Source: Candidatus Tepidifontimicrobium thermophilum (GTDB taxonomy: Bacteria > Sysuimicrobiota > Sysuimicrobiia > Sysuimicrobiales > Sysuimicrobiaceae). From it: DNA of 64,000 nucleotides. The stretch is taken from NCBI GenBank assembly GCA_031459915.1, contig JAVKHO010000002.1:23952-87951 (forward strand). The letters are read 5' to 3'. The notes beneath the pieces were generated by a model. That model had not been told where the DNA came from, made no database searches, and worked only from the letters and a program-made list of their open reading frames with translations. The position numbers were made by a program, and so were the translations under genes. Positions 29,875 through 39,456 of this stretch are shown here, piece after piece; the first letter of the stretch is position 1; the number at the start of each line of letters is the position of its first letter.

Positions 29875-31094
29875 CGGAGGTCCTCCCGCACCCGCGGCGC
29901 GGCCAGCACCGCCCCCACTAGCGCCAACTGGACCGCCGCCGACACCCCCCCGGCGCTCACGAAGGGCATCGGTACGTCCGCGGGTGGCACCACTCCCACG
30001 GCTCCTGCAGCCGCCAAAAACGCCTGGCTAGCCACCAAAGCCGCCGCACCCGCAGCCAGTAACCGCACCCAGGGCGCTCCCGCCTGTCCGGCGGCACGCA
30101 CCGCCCGCCCCGTCCACACCGCGTATCCCGCCACTAGCGCCGTCACACCCCCAAACCCCCACTCCTCCGCCACCGCGGCCAAAACAAACCCCGCGTGGGA
30201 CTGCGGGACGAGTTCGGGGTACCCCGCACCCGGGCCTGCACCGGCCAAGCCGCCTGAGGCCACCGCGAACAGGCTCTGGACCAGGGGGTATCCGGCCCCC
30301 AGGCGGTCCGCCCACGGGTTCACCCACCCCCGCAGACGCTCTGTGAGCTGCGGGATCGTGGCGTACGCCAGACCCGCCATCAACAGGAAGCCGCCGGCAC
30401 CCGTAAGCACAGGCCCCAGGGACGCGGTAGCGCAGTAAGCGAGGGCCAGGGCCACCCAGACCATCACCGCCGCGGTCCCCACGTCCCCACGCAGCAGCCA
30501 CAGGGTTGCGGACGCAGCCCACGCGGCCACCACGGAGCCCCTCACCTTCCCCCGTGTCAGCTCTGCCACGCCCAGCACCAACGCGAGCAGCTTCGCCAGC
30601 TCGGAGGCGGCCTCCACCACCGCGGCCTCGGCCGGCGTCCGGATCGGCAGTCCGCGCTCTACCCACGCCCACCCCCACGGGAACAGCGACACCGTCACCA
30701 GCAGGGCGGCCAACGGAGTTGCCAGCCGCTGTGGGTTCAACGGCCGGCGTGCCATCCGGAAGGACGCCACCGACAGCGCCAGCCCCGCGCACACCCACGC
30801 GGCCTGGTAAGCCACCAGGTGGGGCTGTAGGCGGTAGGTGGTGACCAGGCCCACCGCCACCAGCAGCGCGGTAACGGGCAGCAGCACGCCTTCTCCGGTC
30901 TGGAGCACCCGGTCGACAGCGGGGAACGCCAGCAGGGCCACGGCTACGTACAGCAGCGCCAGCGGAGGATCCTGGGGGTGCTTGTTCCCGTGCACGAGGG
31001 CCGCGCCAGCTAGGCCTACGGCCAGGGCCAACGCGTAGAGCTCTGCTCCCCTCCACCAGGCCCTCTTGGTGCAAGGGGTGTCGGGCGGGTGCAT
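29871..31094 (-). CDS. SEDS-family RodA/FtsW-like membrane protein with a divergent conserved motif
   Basis: Polytopic SEDS homolog. Its PELVPQSHAGFVLAAVAEE aligns to ftsW PERHTDFIFAILAEE with the Asp replaced by Gly. Confidence 0.75.
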   Translation of the reverse strand: MHPPDTPCTKRAWWRGAELYALALAVGLAGAALVHGNKHPQDPPLALLYVAVALLAFPAVDRVLQTGEGVLLPVTALLVAVGLVTTYRLQPHLVAYQAAWVCAGLALSVASFRMARRPLNPQRLATPLAALLVTVSLFPWGWAWVERGLPIRTPAEAAVVEAASELAKLLALVLGVAELTRGKVRGSVVAAWAASATLWLLRGDVGTAAVMVWVALALAYCATASLGPVLTGAGGFLLMAGLAYATIPQLTERLRGWVNPWADRLGAGYPLVQSLFAVASGGLAGAGPGAGYPELVPQSHAGFVLAAVAEEWGFGGVTALVAGYAVWTGRAVRAAGQAGAPWVRLLAAGAAALVASQAFLAAAGAVGVVPPADVPMPFVSAGGVSAAVQLALVGAVLAAPRVREDLR

Positions 31095-31100
31095 GTGGGC

Positions 31101-31532
31101 TCAGCCGCCGGCCGCTTGCGGGCCGCGGGGCTGGAGAAAACGGAACACCGTGGAGCCCACGCGCACACGGTCCCCGTGGCGGACGGGGGCGGGGACCTCC
31201 AGCCTCCGGCCGTTCAGGTACGTGCCCGCCGGAGATCCCAGGTCCTCCAGCCAGAAGCTGTCCCCGGAGCCCACGAGGCGGGCGTGCCTGAGGCCGGCCT
31301 CTGGGTCCGGCACGGTCACGTCGTTGCCCGTCCCCCGGCCCACCAGCGCCTCGCCCCGCACGGCAAACGCCTCGCCCGGGCTCATCCCAGGCCCCTCTTC
31401 CACCAGCAGCACCGCCCAGGGCCGGTCCAGCTCCTGGCCCGCCGCACGCAGGTCATCCCCTACCACCCTCACCACCCGGTAGAGGAAGAGGAACAGGGCT
31501 GCCAGGAGGACGTACCGCAGCGCCTCGCTCAC
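31101..31532 (-). CDS. FhaB-like membrane-anchored FHA-domain protein
   Basis: N-terminal TM (YVLLAALFLFLY) and C-terminal FHA domain (TVFRF). GTG at 31532 overlaps the upstream TGA. Confidence 0.7.
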   Translation of the reverse strand: MSEALRYVLLAALFLFLYRVVRVVGDDLRAAGQELDRPWAVLLVEEGPGMSPGEAFAVRGEALVGRGTGNDVTVPDPEAGLRHARLVGSGDSFWLEDLGSPAGTYLNGRRLEVPAPVRHGDRVRVGSTVFRFLQPRGPQAAGG

Positions 31533-31852
31533 GGGCCCTCCCGGTATTCCAGGACTACCCCGCCCAGCTGCAGGCGGTCGCCGTGGCGCAGCCGGCACTG
31601 GGTCACCTTGCGCCCGTTCACGAACGTCCCGTTGGTGGAGCCCAGGTCCACCACCTCCACCCCGTCCGGCCCCCGCTCCACCCGCGCGTGCTCCCTCGAC
31701 ACGCCCGGGTCCGCCAGGACAAGGTCGCAGGTCTGCGAGCGCCCCAGGGTGTGGCACCCGCGCAATACCAGCACCGCGCCCTCCCCTGGTCCCCTCAGCA
31801 CTCTCAGGACCGGCAGGGTGCCCACTTGGTAGACCCGGGTGTCCTGATCCAC
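31529..31852 (-). CDS. small cytosolic FHA-domain protein
   Basis: GRSQTCDLVLADPGVSREHARV...TNGTFVNG FHA signature. GTG start with GGGAGGG upstream. Confidence 0.75.
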   Translation of the reverse strand: MDQDTRVYQVGTLPVLRVLRGPGEGAVLVLRGCHTLGRSQTCDLVLADPGVSREHARVERGPDGVEVVDLGSTNGTFVNGRKVTQCRLRHGDRLQLGGVVLEYREGP

Positions 31853-31865
31853 GCAACCCTCCCGT

Positions 31866-32954
31866 TTACGGCGCCAACGCGGGCAGCAGGTGCGGGGCCA
31901 GCCGCACCGGCTTTTTGCCCGGCGTGTGGGCCTCCCGAAGCTGGCCGCACGCCGCCAGGATGTCCACGCCGCGCTCTACCCGCACCGTCACCGGCACCCC
32001 CTTCGCCCTCACGATCCGGGCGAACTGGCGCACGCGCTCGGGCCCCGGGCGCCGGTAAGGCAACGACGGGACGGGGTTCCACGGGATGAGGTTCACATGC
32101 GCCAGCAGCCCCTGCAGCCGCTCGGCCAGCCGGCGCGCGTGGTCCGGGGTGTCGTTCACCCCCTCCAGGAGCACGTACTCGAAGGTCACCCGCCGGCCGG
32201 TGAGCGCCGTGTACTCCTGGCACGCTTCCAGCAGGTCCCGGATCGGGTACCGCCGGTTGATGGGCACCAGCTGGCTCCGCAGCTCGTCGTCGGGCGCGTG
32301 CAGGGACACCGCCAGGGTGCAACCCAGCCGCAATTGGGCCAGCCGGCGGATCTGCGGGACCAGCCCCACGGTGGAGACGGTGATGCGCCGGACGCCCACC
32401 CGAAGCCCGTACGCCGCGTTCAGAAGGCGCACGGCACGCACCGAGGCATCCAGGTTGGCCAGCGGCTCCCCCATCCCCATGAAGACCACGTGGGTGACCC
32501 GCTCCCCCTGGTCGTGCTGCATCACGTGCACCTGGTCGGTGATCTCGCCCGCGGTGAGGTTGCGGCCGAACCCGCTCAGGCCCGTTGCGCAGAAGGTGCA
32601 GCCCATGCCGCAGCCCACCTGCGTGGACACGCACGCGCTGCGCCGGCCGTCCGCGTACCGCATCCACACGCTCTCCACGGTGCTGCCGTCCTCGCAGGCC
32701 AGCAGGTACTTGGTGGTGGACCCGTCCGCGGAGGTGGTCCGGCGCAACACCCGCAACGTCGCAAGGCGTGCTTCCTCCGCCAGCCGCCGCCGCAGGGACG
32801 CGGGCAGGTCCGTCATCGCTTCGAAGCTGCGGGCGCCGCGGCCGTGGATCCAGCGGGCCAGCTGCCGACCGCGGTACGGGGGCTCGTTGAGTCCCGCGAC
32901 CCAGGACACCAGCTCCTCCTCGTACAGGGACCGGAGGTCGGGGCGCTCGGTCAT
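31866..32954 (-). CDS. rlmN: 23S rRNA/tRNA m2A methyltransferase RlmN (radical SAM)
   Basis: CVSTQVGCGMGCTFCATG radical-SAM cluster. ATG at 32954 overlaps the rsmB TGA. Confidence 0.9.
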   Translation of the reverse strand: MTERPDLRSLYEEELVSWVAGLNEPPYRGRQLARWIHGRGARSFEAMTDLPASLRRRLAEEARLATLRVLRRTTSADGSTTKYLLACEDGSTVESVWMRYADGRRSACVSTQVGCGMGCTFCATGLSGFGRNLTAGEITDQVHVMQHDQGERVTHVVFMGMGEPLANLDASVRAVRLLNAAYGLRVGVRRITVSTVGLVPQIRRLAQLRLGCTLAVSLHAPDDELRSQLVPINRRYPIRDLLEACQEYTALTGRRVTFEYVLLEGVNDTPDHARRLAERLQGLLAHVNLIPWNPVPSLPYRRPGPERVRQFARIVRAKGVPVTVRVERGVDILAACGQLREAHTPGKKPVRLAPHLLPALAP

Positions 32955-34216
32955 GTCCTGCGGAACCTCGCTATGAAGTACCCGTCCGTGCCGTGGTGGT
33001 GCGGCCACAGGCGCAACGTCCCCCCCTCCGCCCGCAGGCTGCCGTCCCCCCAGGGCACCGCGAACGGGTCGGGGACGAACCCGCCCGAGGCCAGCAACCA
33101 TTCTACGACGGCCTCCCCCTCTTCCGGCTCGGTGCTGCACACGCTGTAGACCAGCACACCGCCGCTGCGCACCGCGTCGCTCGCGCCCTTCAGAATTGCG
33201 CGCTGCACCTCCGCCGCCCGCGGGAGGTCCTCCGGCACCACGCGCCACCGGATTTCCGGCCTGCGCCGCAGGACCCCGAGCCCGGTGCAGGGAGCGTCCA
33301 CCAGCACACGGTCCGCACCCCGCACGTCCAGGGCCCGGGCGTCACAGCGCCGCGCCTCCACGGAGGTCGCGCCCAACGCCTGAGCCCGCCGGGCCAGGGC
33401 TTCCACCTTCCGGGGGTGGACGTCGCACGCCACCACTCTCCCCTGGTTGCCCATGAGCGCCGCGAGGTGGGTGGCTTTGCCCCCCGGAGCCGCGCAGGCG
33501 TCCACCACCAGCTCGCCAGGCCTGGGGTCCACCGCGTATGCCACCACCAGGGCCGCCTCGTCCTGCGCCACCACCGAGCCTTCCTCCGCCAGCGCGAGCC
33601 GCGCCGGCAGAGGACCCCGGACGTGGAGGGACTCCGGCAGCGATCCCGGCCGGACCTCTAGTCCGGCTTCGGTCAGCCTCCAAGCCACCTCCTGGGGCGC
33701 AGCCTTCAGGGTGTTCACCCGAAGGTGGGCCGGCGGCGCCGTGTTGTTGACCTCGCACAGCTTCTCCACCTCCTGGGCGGGCCAGCGCTCCAGCCACCGC
33801 CGCACCAGCCAAAGGGGGTGGCTGCCGAGCACCGACAGGCGCTCGTCGGGGGTTTCCGGGGGAGGGGCTTCGCCCTCGCGGGCCACCCGCCGCAGCACCG
33901 CGTTGGTAAAAGCTGCGGTTCCTGCGTGTCCATAGCGCTTGGCCAGCTCCACGCTGGAGCTCACCGCCACCGCGTGCGGCACCCGTTGCAGGAACAGGAG
34001 CTGGTAGGCGCCCAGACGCAGGATCTGCCGGATCGCAGGGGGTAAAGCCAGCAGTTGCCGGCCGGATTTGGCCTGTAGGGTCCAGTCCAGGCGTGCCCTC
34101 CAGCGGAGGACCCCCAACACGAGCTCCGTGGCCAGGTCCCGCTCCCCCTCCGGCAGAGGCCAACGGGACAGGGCCGCCCGCAGCGCCAGGTTGCTGAACG
34201 CTCCCTCCAGCTCCAC
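32951..34216 (-). CDS. rsmB: 16S rRNA m5C967 methyltransferase RsmB/Sun
   Basis: NusB-like N-domain and SAM-MTase C-domain (VVDACAAPGGKATH...DAPCTGLGV). Confidence 0.85.
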   Translation of the reverse strand: MELEGAFSNLALRAALSRWPLPEGERDLATELVLGVLRWRARLDWTLQAKSGRQLLALPPAIRQILRLGAYQLLFLQRVPHAVAVSSSVELAKRYGHAGTAAFTNAVLRRVAREGEAPPPETPDERLSVLGSHPLWLVRRWLERWPAQEVEKLCEVNNTAPPAHLRVNTLKAAPQEVAWRLTEAGLEVRPGSLPESLHVRGPLPARLALAEEGSVVAQDEAALVVAYAVDPRPGELVVDACAAPGGKATHLAALMGNQGRVVACDVHPRKVEALARRAQALGATSVEARRCDARALDVRGADRVLVDAPCTGLGVLRRRPEIRWRVVPEDLPRAAEVQRAILKGASDAVRSGGVLVYSVCSTEPEEGEAVVEWLLASGGFVPDPFAVPWGDGSLRAEGGTLRLWPHHHGTDGYFIARFRRT

Positions 34217-34291
34217 CCGCTGGAGGACCCTAAGCGCCAGCTCGCGTCCGGACTGAGGGGGCTCGGAGACGGCTCGCGGGACGGCTTGACC

Positions 34292-34984
34292 TCACTCCCG
34301 CGACATGTTGCGGATGGCCACCAGCCGCAACAGCTCCACGATGGCGCTGGCCGCGGCCGCCACGTACGTCAGGGCCGCCGCCCCCAGCACCGCCTTGACC
34401 CCGTCCAGCTCCCTCGGGGTCACCAGCCCGTGGGCCTGCAGCGCGGCCACCGCCCGCCGGCTGGCGTCGAACTCCACCGGCAGAGTCACCAAGGTGAAGG
34501 CCACCACGCCCAGGAACAGCACGATACCCAGGTCCATCAGGAGTCCGCCCGCCTGCCCCAGGAACATCCCGATCACGAACAGCCAGATGCCCAGCTGAGA
34601 CCCGATCCCGGCCACCGGGACGATGGCGTTCCGCAGGGCCAGGGGCGCGTAGTTCTCCCGGTGCTGCAACGCGTGTCCTGCCTCGTGCGCCGCCACCCCC
34701 AGCGCCGCCACAGACGGTGTCCCGTACACCTCCGGCGACAGCCGCAGGGTACGGGTGCGCGGGTCGTAGTGGTCGGACAGCATACCCCGCACGGGCTCCA
34801 CCCGCACGTCATAGAGGCCCGCGGCCTGCAGGATCCGGGCCGCCACCTCCGCCCCCGAAAGCCCCACGCCCGCGGGCACCCGGCTGTAGCGCCGGAAGGC
34901 GCTCATGACCCTGTACTGCGCCCACAGGGCGAAGCCGAAGGCCAGAACCGCCAGCCAGAACAGTGGGCCTCCGTAGAACAGCAT
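34292..34984 (-). CDS. YugP-type membrane zinc metallopeptidase
   Basis: N-terminal TM, HEAGHALQ motif and C-terminal hydrophobic segments. Confidence 0.75.
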   Translation of the reverse strand: MLFYGGPLFWLAVLAFGFALWAQYRVMSAFRRYSRVPAGVGLSGAEVAARILQAAGLYDVRVEPVRGMLSDHYDPRTRTLRLSPEVYGTPSVAALGVAAHEAGHALQHRENYAPLALRNAIVPVAGIGSQLGIWLFVIGMFLGQAGGLLMDLGIVLFLGVVAFTLVTLPVEFDASRRAVAALQAHGLVTPRELDGVKAVLGAAALTYVAAAASAIVELLRLVAIRNMSRE

Positions 34985-35048
34985 CGCAACACCTCCCGCC
35001 CTATTCTAACGGAGGACGGTCCAGATTTTCCTCCTTACCTTGGGGGGG

Positions 35049-35963
35049 TCAGCCCAGCCGGTCTCCGGGCTGCAGCCGGTACCCGCGGGCGTACTCCGCG
35101 CCCGTCATCCTGCGGCCGGACGGCGGTTGCACTTCCACCACCTCCACCGCGCCAGAACCGGTCGCCACCACGAACCCCTCCGGGGTCACGCGGAGGACCT
35201 CACCGGGCTGCCCGTGTCCTTCCACTGGCCGCACCCGCCAGATCCTGAGCAGCCGCCCGCGGTGCAGGGTGTGGGCGACGGGCCAGGGGTCCATAGCCCG
35301 CACGTGCCGCTCCACCACCTCCGCCGGCTCGTCCCACCGGATGAGGCCGTCCTCCTTGGACAGCTTGCCGCAGTAGGTCGCCTGAGCAGGGTCCTGCGGA
35401 CGCGGCCGCAGCTGGCCTCGCTCCAGCGCGTCCAGGACCTCGAGGAGCAGACGGGCGCCCTCCTCCGCCAGCTTGGCCTCCAGCGTGCCCGCGGTGTCGT
35501 CCGGGGATACGGGAACCTCCTTCTGGCCGAGGATGTCGCCCGCATCGAGCTCCTCCGTGACCCACAGCACGGAGACGCCCGCGGTCGGGTCGCCGTTCCG
35601 GATGGCAGCCTGGACGGGCGAGGCGCCGCGGTACTTGGGCAGCAGGGACGGGTGCACGTTCACGCAGCCCAAGCGGGGGAGCCTAACTAGCCACGATGGG
35701 AGGATGCGGCCATACGCCACTACCACCCCCACGTCCGGAGCCGAGGCCTCCAAGGCTTCGCGGGCCTCCCGCAGGCGCTCCGGCTGGAGCACCACCAGGC
35801 CCAGTTCCCGCGCCCGGACCGCCACCGGGGGGGAGGTCACGCGCCGGCCGCGACCCGCCGGGCGGTCAGGCTGCGTGACCACCGCCACCACGCGGTGCGC
35901 CCTCGCGCACGCTTCCAGGCAGGGGACCGCGAAGCGGGGCGTGCCGAAGAACAGCACCCGCAT
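35049..35963 (-). CDS. fmt: methionyl-tRNA formyltransferase
   Basis: MRVLFFGTP...NVHPSLLPKYRG. Confidence 0.9.
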   Translation of the reverse strand: MRVLFFGTPRFAVPCLEACARAHRVVAVVTQPDRPAGRGRRVTSPPVAVRARELGLVVLQPERLREAREALEASAPDVGVVVAYGRILPSWLVRLPRLGCVNVHPSLLPKYRGASPVQAAIRNGDPTAGVSVLWVTEELDAGDILGQKEVPVSPDDTAGTLEAKLAEEGARLLLEVLDALERGQLRPRPQDPAQATYCGKLSKEDGLIRWDEPAEVVERHVRAMDPWPVAHTLHRGRLLRIWRVRPVEGHGQPGEVLRVTPEGFVVATGSGAVEVVEVQPPSGRRMTGAEYARGYRLQPGDRLG

Positions 35964-35970
35964 CGCGGCC

Positions 35971-36465
35971 TCAGCCCACCACCTCGCCCACCGCCCGCTC
36001 CCGGTCCACGTAGTGGATGTCGGCGGGGCTTTCGACCCGGTCGGTGATCAGGATACCGTCCAGGTGGTCCACCTCGTGCTGGAAGATCCGGGCCAGCCAG
36101 CCGTCCGCGCGCACGGTCACGGTCCTGCCGCGTCGGTTCTTCCCGCGCACTGTGACCCGGGTAGCGCGTCGCACGTCGCACAGGATCCCCGGCAGCGACA
36201 GACAGCCCTCCTGTGCGACCTCCTCCCCCTCCCGGGACGTGATCTCGGGGTCTACAAGCTGGTAGAGCTTATTGTCGTACTCCACCACGATGACCCGGAG
36301 ACTGTACCCCACCTGCGGAGCGGCCAGGCCCACGCCTGATGCGCGGCGCATCACCTCCACCATCTCGTCCATCAGGCGCACGACCTCGGGGGTCAGGCGG
36401 CCCACGGGCCGCGCCCGCCTCCGCAGGATCGCACCTCCGGGACCGTCCAGGGTCACGATGCGCAT
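35971..36465 (-). CDS. def: peptide deformylase
   Basis: GVGLAAPQVG, EGCLS and HEVDHLDG motifs. ATG near 36465. Confidence 0.9.
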   Translation of the reverse strand: MRIVTLDGPGGAILRRRARPVGRLTPEVVRLMDEMVEVMRRASGVGLAAPQVGYSLRVIVVEYDNKLYQLVDPEITSREGEEVAQEGCLSLPGILCDVRRATRVTVRGKNRRGRTVTVRADGWLARIFQHEVDHLDGILITDRVESPADIHYVDRERAVGEVVG

Positions 36466-36478
36466 TCCGAACCCGAGT

Positions 36479-38878
36479 CTACAGCATCTCCAGCGGGTCC
36501 ACGTCCACCGCCACCCGCACGTCCCCGGGCCTGCGCCAGCTGGCGAGCGCCTCCCGCACCGCCTCTCGGGCCACGCGGTCATCCGCAGCCCGGACCACCA
36601 GGCGCCACCGGAACCAGCCGCGCAGGGGGTTCAGGGGCGCGGGCGAGGGGCCCAGAACTTCCGCTCCCCGTACCCGCTCTGCAACGCTCCGGCTGGCCTC
36701 CGCGGCGCGGGCCTCGTTGCGGGCGCTGAACACCACGTGCACCAGGCTCGCAAACGGCGGGTAGCCCGTGCGGCGCCTGTCCTCCCACTCCCCCTGGTAG
36801 AAGCCCAGCACGTCGTGCTCTGCGGCGGCACGGATGGCGGGGTGCTCCGGCTGGTAGGTCTGCACCACCACGCGACCCGGACGATCGCCGCGCCCGGCCC
36901 GCCCCGCCACCTGCACCAGCTGTTGCAGCGTCCGCTCGCCGGCCCGGAAGTCAGGTAGGGACAGCGCCACGTCCGCGGCCACCACGCCCACCAGCCCCAC
37001 CTCCGGAAGGTCGAGGCCCTTGGCCACCACCTGCGTGCCCACCAGCACCCGTACCTCCTTGCGCCTGAGCCGCTCCACCAGCCTGGCGTGCGCGCCCCGG
37101 CCCGACAGGGTGTCGCGGTCGGCCCGAGCGACCGCGACGCCGGGGAACAGGCTCCGTATCGCCTCCTCCACCCGCTGGGTACCGGGGCCGTAGGGCCGCA
37201 GCCCCACTCCGCCGCACGACGGACAGGTGCTGGGTGCGGGCAGCACCCGGCCGCAGTAATGGCACCGCAGGGTACGGTTGGCCAGGTGGAAGGTCAGCGA
37301 CACCGCGCACCGGTGGCAGCGGGGCACGAACCCGCACTCCCGGCACACCAGGCACGCCGCGTAGCCCCGACGGTTCACGTACAGCAGGACCTGATCTCCC
37401 CGGTCCAGGTGCGCGCGCAGGGCCTCCACCAGGGGCCGGCTGAACACCGACCGCCCGCCCTGTGCGCGCATGTCCACCACCTGCACTTCGGGGAGGGGTC
37501 GGTCCAGTACCCGCCGACCGAGGCGCAGGTACTCCCACACCCCGCACCGCGCCCGCCACAGGGACTCCACCGCGGGCGTGGCACTGCCCAGGATGACCGG
37601 CGCCCCGGACCGGCGTGCCCGTTCCACAGCTACCTCTCGGGCGTGGTAGCGGGGGGACTGCGGCTGCTTGTAGGCGGTCTCGTGCTCTTCGTCCACCACC
37701 ACCAGCCGCAGCCGGGACAGCGGCGCGAACGCCGCCGAGCGCGTGCCCACCACCACGTCGAACTGCCCCGCGTGGAGGCGCCGCCACGTGTCGAACCGCT
37801 CGCCCGCGGTGAGCTGGCTGTGCAGCACCGCCACGCGATCCCCGAAACGCCCCAGAAACCGCGCCACCGTCTGTGGTGCCAGCACGATCTCGGGGACCAG
37901 GACCAGCACCTGGCCTCCGCCCGCCACCGCCTCGGCCGCGCACCGCAGGTACACCTCGGTCTTCCCGCTCCCCGTGACCCCGTGGAGCAGGAACACCCGG
38001 TGCTGCCCAGCCCGCAGGGCCTGCTGGACGGCCTGACACGCCGCCAGCTGCTCCCTGGTGGGCTCCTGCACCGGCCCTCCCTCCCGGAACGCCTCCCGCA
38101 GGGGGTCCCGCACCACCTCCACCACCTGCTCTGTGGCCACGCCGGCCTCCACCAGCCCCCGGACCGTCCCCGACCCCACCGCTCGCGACAGCTCCGCCTT
38201 CGGCACCTCCACCGACCGCAGCAGCCTCTCCAGCGCCGCCGCCCTGCGGGGCGCCCGCCGCCGCCAGAGGCCCACGAGATCCCAGGCGCGCTCGGGGGGG
38301 ATCGCCAGCCGGACTACGGATTCCCTGGCAGGCCGCACCGCCGGTGGCAGGGCCGCGAGCTCCTGTTCCACGCACCCTGCCCGCCGCAGGCGGGCCAGCG
38401 CGCGCCGCAGCTCCGGACTCGCAACGAGTTCTGGCTCCGGGACCGGCCCGGAGCGCAGCCGATCCAGCAACGAGGCCGTCGCGGTGTCAGCCCCGAGACG
38501 CCCTTCGGGTTCCCGAACCAGGCGCACGTGGCGTACCACACGGGACAGGGCCTCGGACGGGAAGGCTGCCCGCAGCGCGTCCCTGGGGTGAGCGAGATAC
38601 CGGTCCGCTACCCAGCAGGCCAGCTGCCAGGCCTCGTCCCCGAACAGCGGCGTACGGGACAGCACCCCGCGTACGGGCAGCACCTGCCGTACGGGAGCCT
38701 CTCGGTCGAAGCCGACCACGAAACCGGGCACCGTACGGCCTGCCAGCGGGACCAGCACCCGCGAGCCCACGGGCACCGGACCCAGTTCGGCGGGCAACGA
38801 GTAGTGAAGGGGACCTACTAAAGGCGCAGGGGTGTCCGGCAGAACCAGGACGTACACGGCTTGCTGGCTCCGTTTCAC
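36479..38878 (-). CDS. priA: primosomal protein N' (PriA helicase)
   Basis: GVTGSGKTEVY Walker A, DEEH box and Cys4 zinc-binding insert. GTG near 38878; the track ORF extension to 39427 is spurious. Confidence 0.9.
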   Translation of the reverse strand: MKRSQQAVYVLVLPDTPAPLVGPLHYSLPAELGPVPVGSRVLVPLAGRTVPGFVVGFDREAPVRQVLPVRGVLSRTPLFGDEAWQLACWVADRYLAHPRDALRAAFPSEALSRVVRHVRLVREPEGRLGADTATASLLDRLRSGPVPEPELVASPELRRALARLRRAGCVEQELAALPPAVRPARESVVRLAIPPERAWDLVGLWRRRAPRRAAALERLLRSVEVPKAELSRAVGSGTVRGLVEAGVATEQVVEVVRDPLREAFREGGPVQEPTREQLAACQAVQQALRAGQHRVFLLHGVTGSGKTEVYLRCAAEAVAGGGQVLVLVPEIVLAPQTVARFLGRFGDRVAVLHSQLTAGERFDTWRRLHAGQFDVVVGTRSAAFAPLSRLRLVVVDEEHETAYKQPQSPRYHAREVAVERARRSGAPVILGSATPAVESLWRARCGVWEYLRLGRRVLDRPLPEVQVVDMRAQGGRSVFSRPLVEALRAHLDRGDQVLLYVNRRGYAACLVCRECGFVPRCHRCAVSLTFHLANRTLRCHYCGRVLPAPSTCPSCGGVGLRPYGPGTQRVEEAIRSLFPGVAVARADRDTLSGRGAHARLVERLRRKEVRVLVGTQVVAKGLDLPEVGLVGVVAADVALSLPDFRAGERTLQQLVQVAGRAGRGDRPGRVVVQTYQPEHPAIRAAAEHDVLGFYQGEWEDRRRTGYPPFASLVHVVFSARNEARAAEASRSVAERVRGAEVLGPSPAPLNPLRGWFRWRLVVRAADDRVAREAVREALASWRRPGDVRVAVDVDPLEML

Positions 38879-38901
38879 CGCCGGCCCCGGCGGGTATGGC
38901 T

Positions 38902-39456
38902 CTAGCCCTGGGGCTGCGGCTGCAGCAAGGCCCGAGCGGCTTCCAGGATCTCCTCGGGCTCTGCCATCCTGCCCCACCCCTCGCGGCCGGACGCCAGCCG
39001 GCCGTAGTGGGGGCCCACGAATCGGTACCCCATGTCCCGCAGCGTCTGCACGTTGCGCTGGGTGACGGGGTGCAACCACATGGCTTCCGCCATGGCGGGC
39101 GCCAGAAGCACCGGCGCCCGGGTGCTCAAAACCACCGCGCTCACCGGGTCGTCCGCGAGCCCCACGGCCAGCTTGGCCAGAGTGTGTGCGGTGGCGGGCG
39201 CCACCACCACCAGCTCTGCCCGTTCGCCCAACGCCACGTGCGGCTCGGCCTCCGGGCCTTGAGGGTCCCACAGGTCCACCAGGACCGGGTGGTCCGACAG
39301 GGCCCGGAGGGTGGCCTCCCCCACGAACTTCCTGCCGGACCGGGTGACGGCCACCCACACGGACGCGCCCTCCCGACGCAGCGCGCTCACCAGCGCCGCG
39401 GCTTTGAAGGCCGCCACGCTCCCGCACACCCCCACCACCACCGTGTGGCCCTTCAC
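38902..39456 (-). CDS. coaC: phosphopantothenoylcysteine decarboxylase-type flavoprotein (CoaC half only)
   Basis: VVGVCGSVAAFKAAALVSAL flavodoxin-like fold. No CoaB (CTP-ligase) domain follows it. GTG at 39456 overlaps the upstream TGA. Confidence 0.75.
   Translation of the reverse strand: MKGHTVVVGVCGSVAAFKAAALVSALRREGASVWVAVTRSGRKFVGEATLRALSDHPVLVDLWDPQGPEAEPHVALGERAELVVVAPATAHTLAKLAVGLADDPVSAVVLSTRAPVLLAPAMAEAMWLHPVTQRNVQTLRDMGYRFVGPHYGRLASGREGWGRMAEPEEILEAARALLQPQPQG

Noticed and set aside
26610-32954. Search for a PP2C Ser/Thr phosphatase (PrpC/PstP) or CpgA GTPase inside the kinase operon.
   Set aside because: Every ORF in the interval was assigned to another family. The G/P-rich extension upstream of the FhaB-like gene is an out-of-frame overlap with the FHA gene, not a PP2C.
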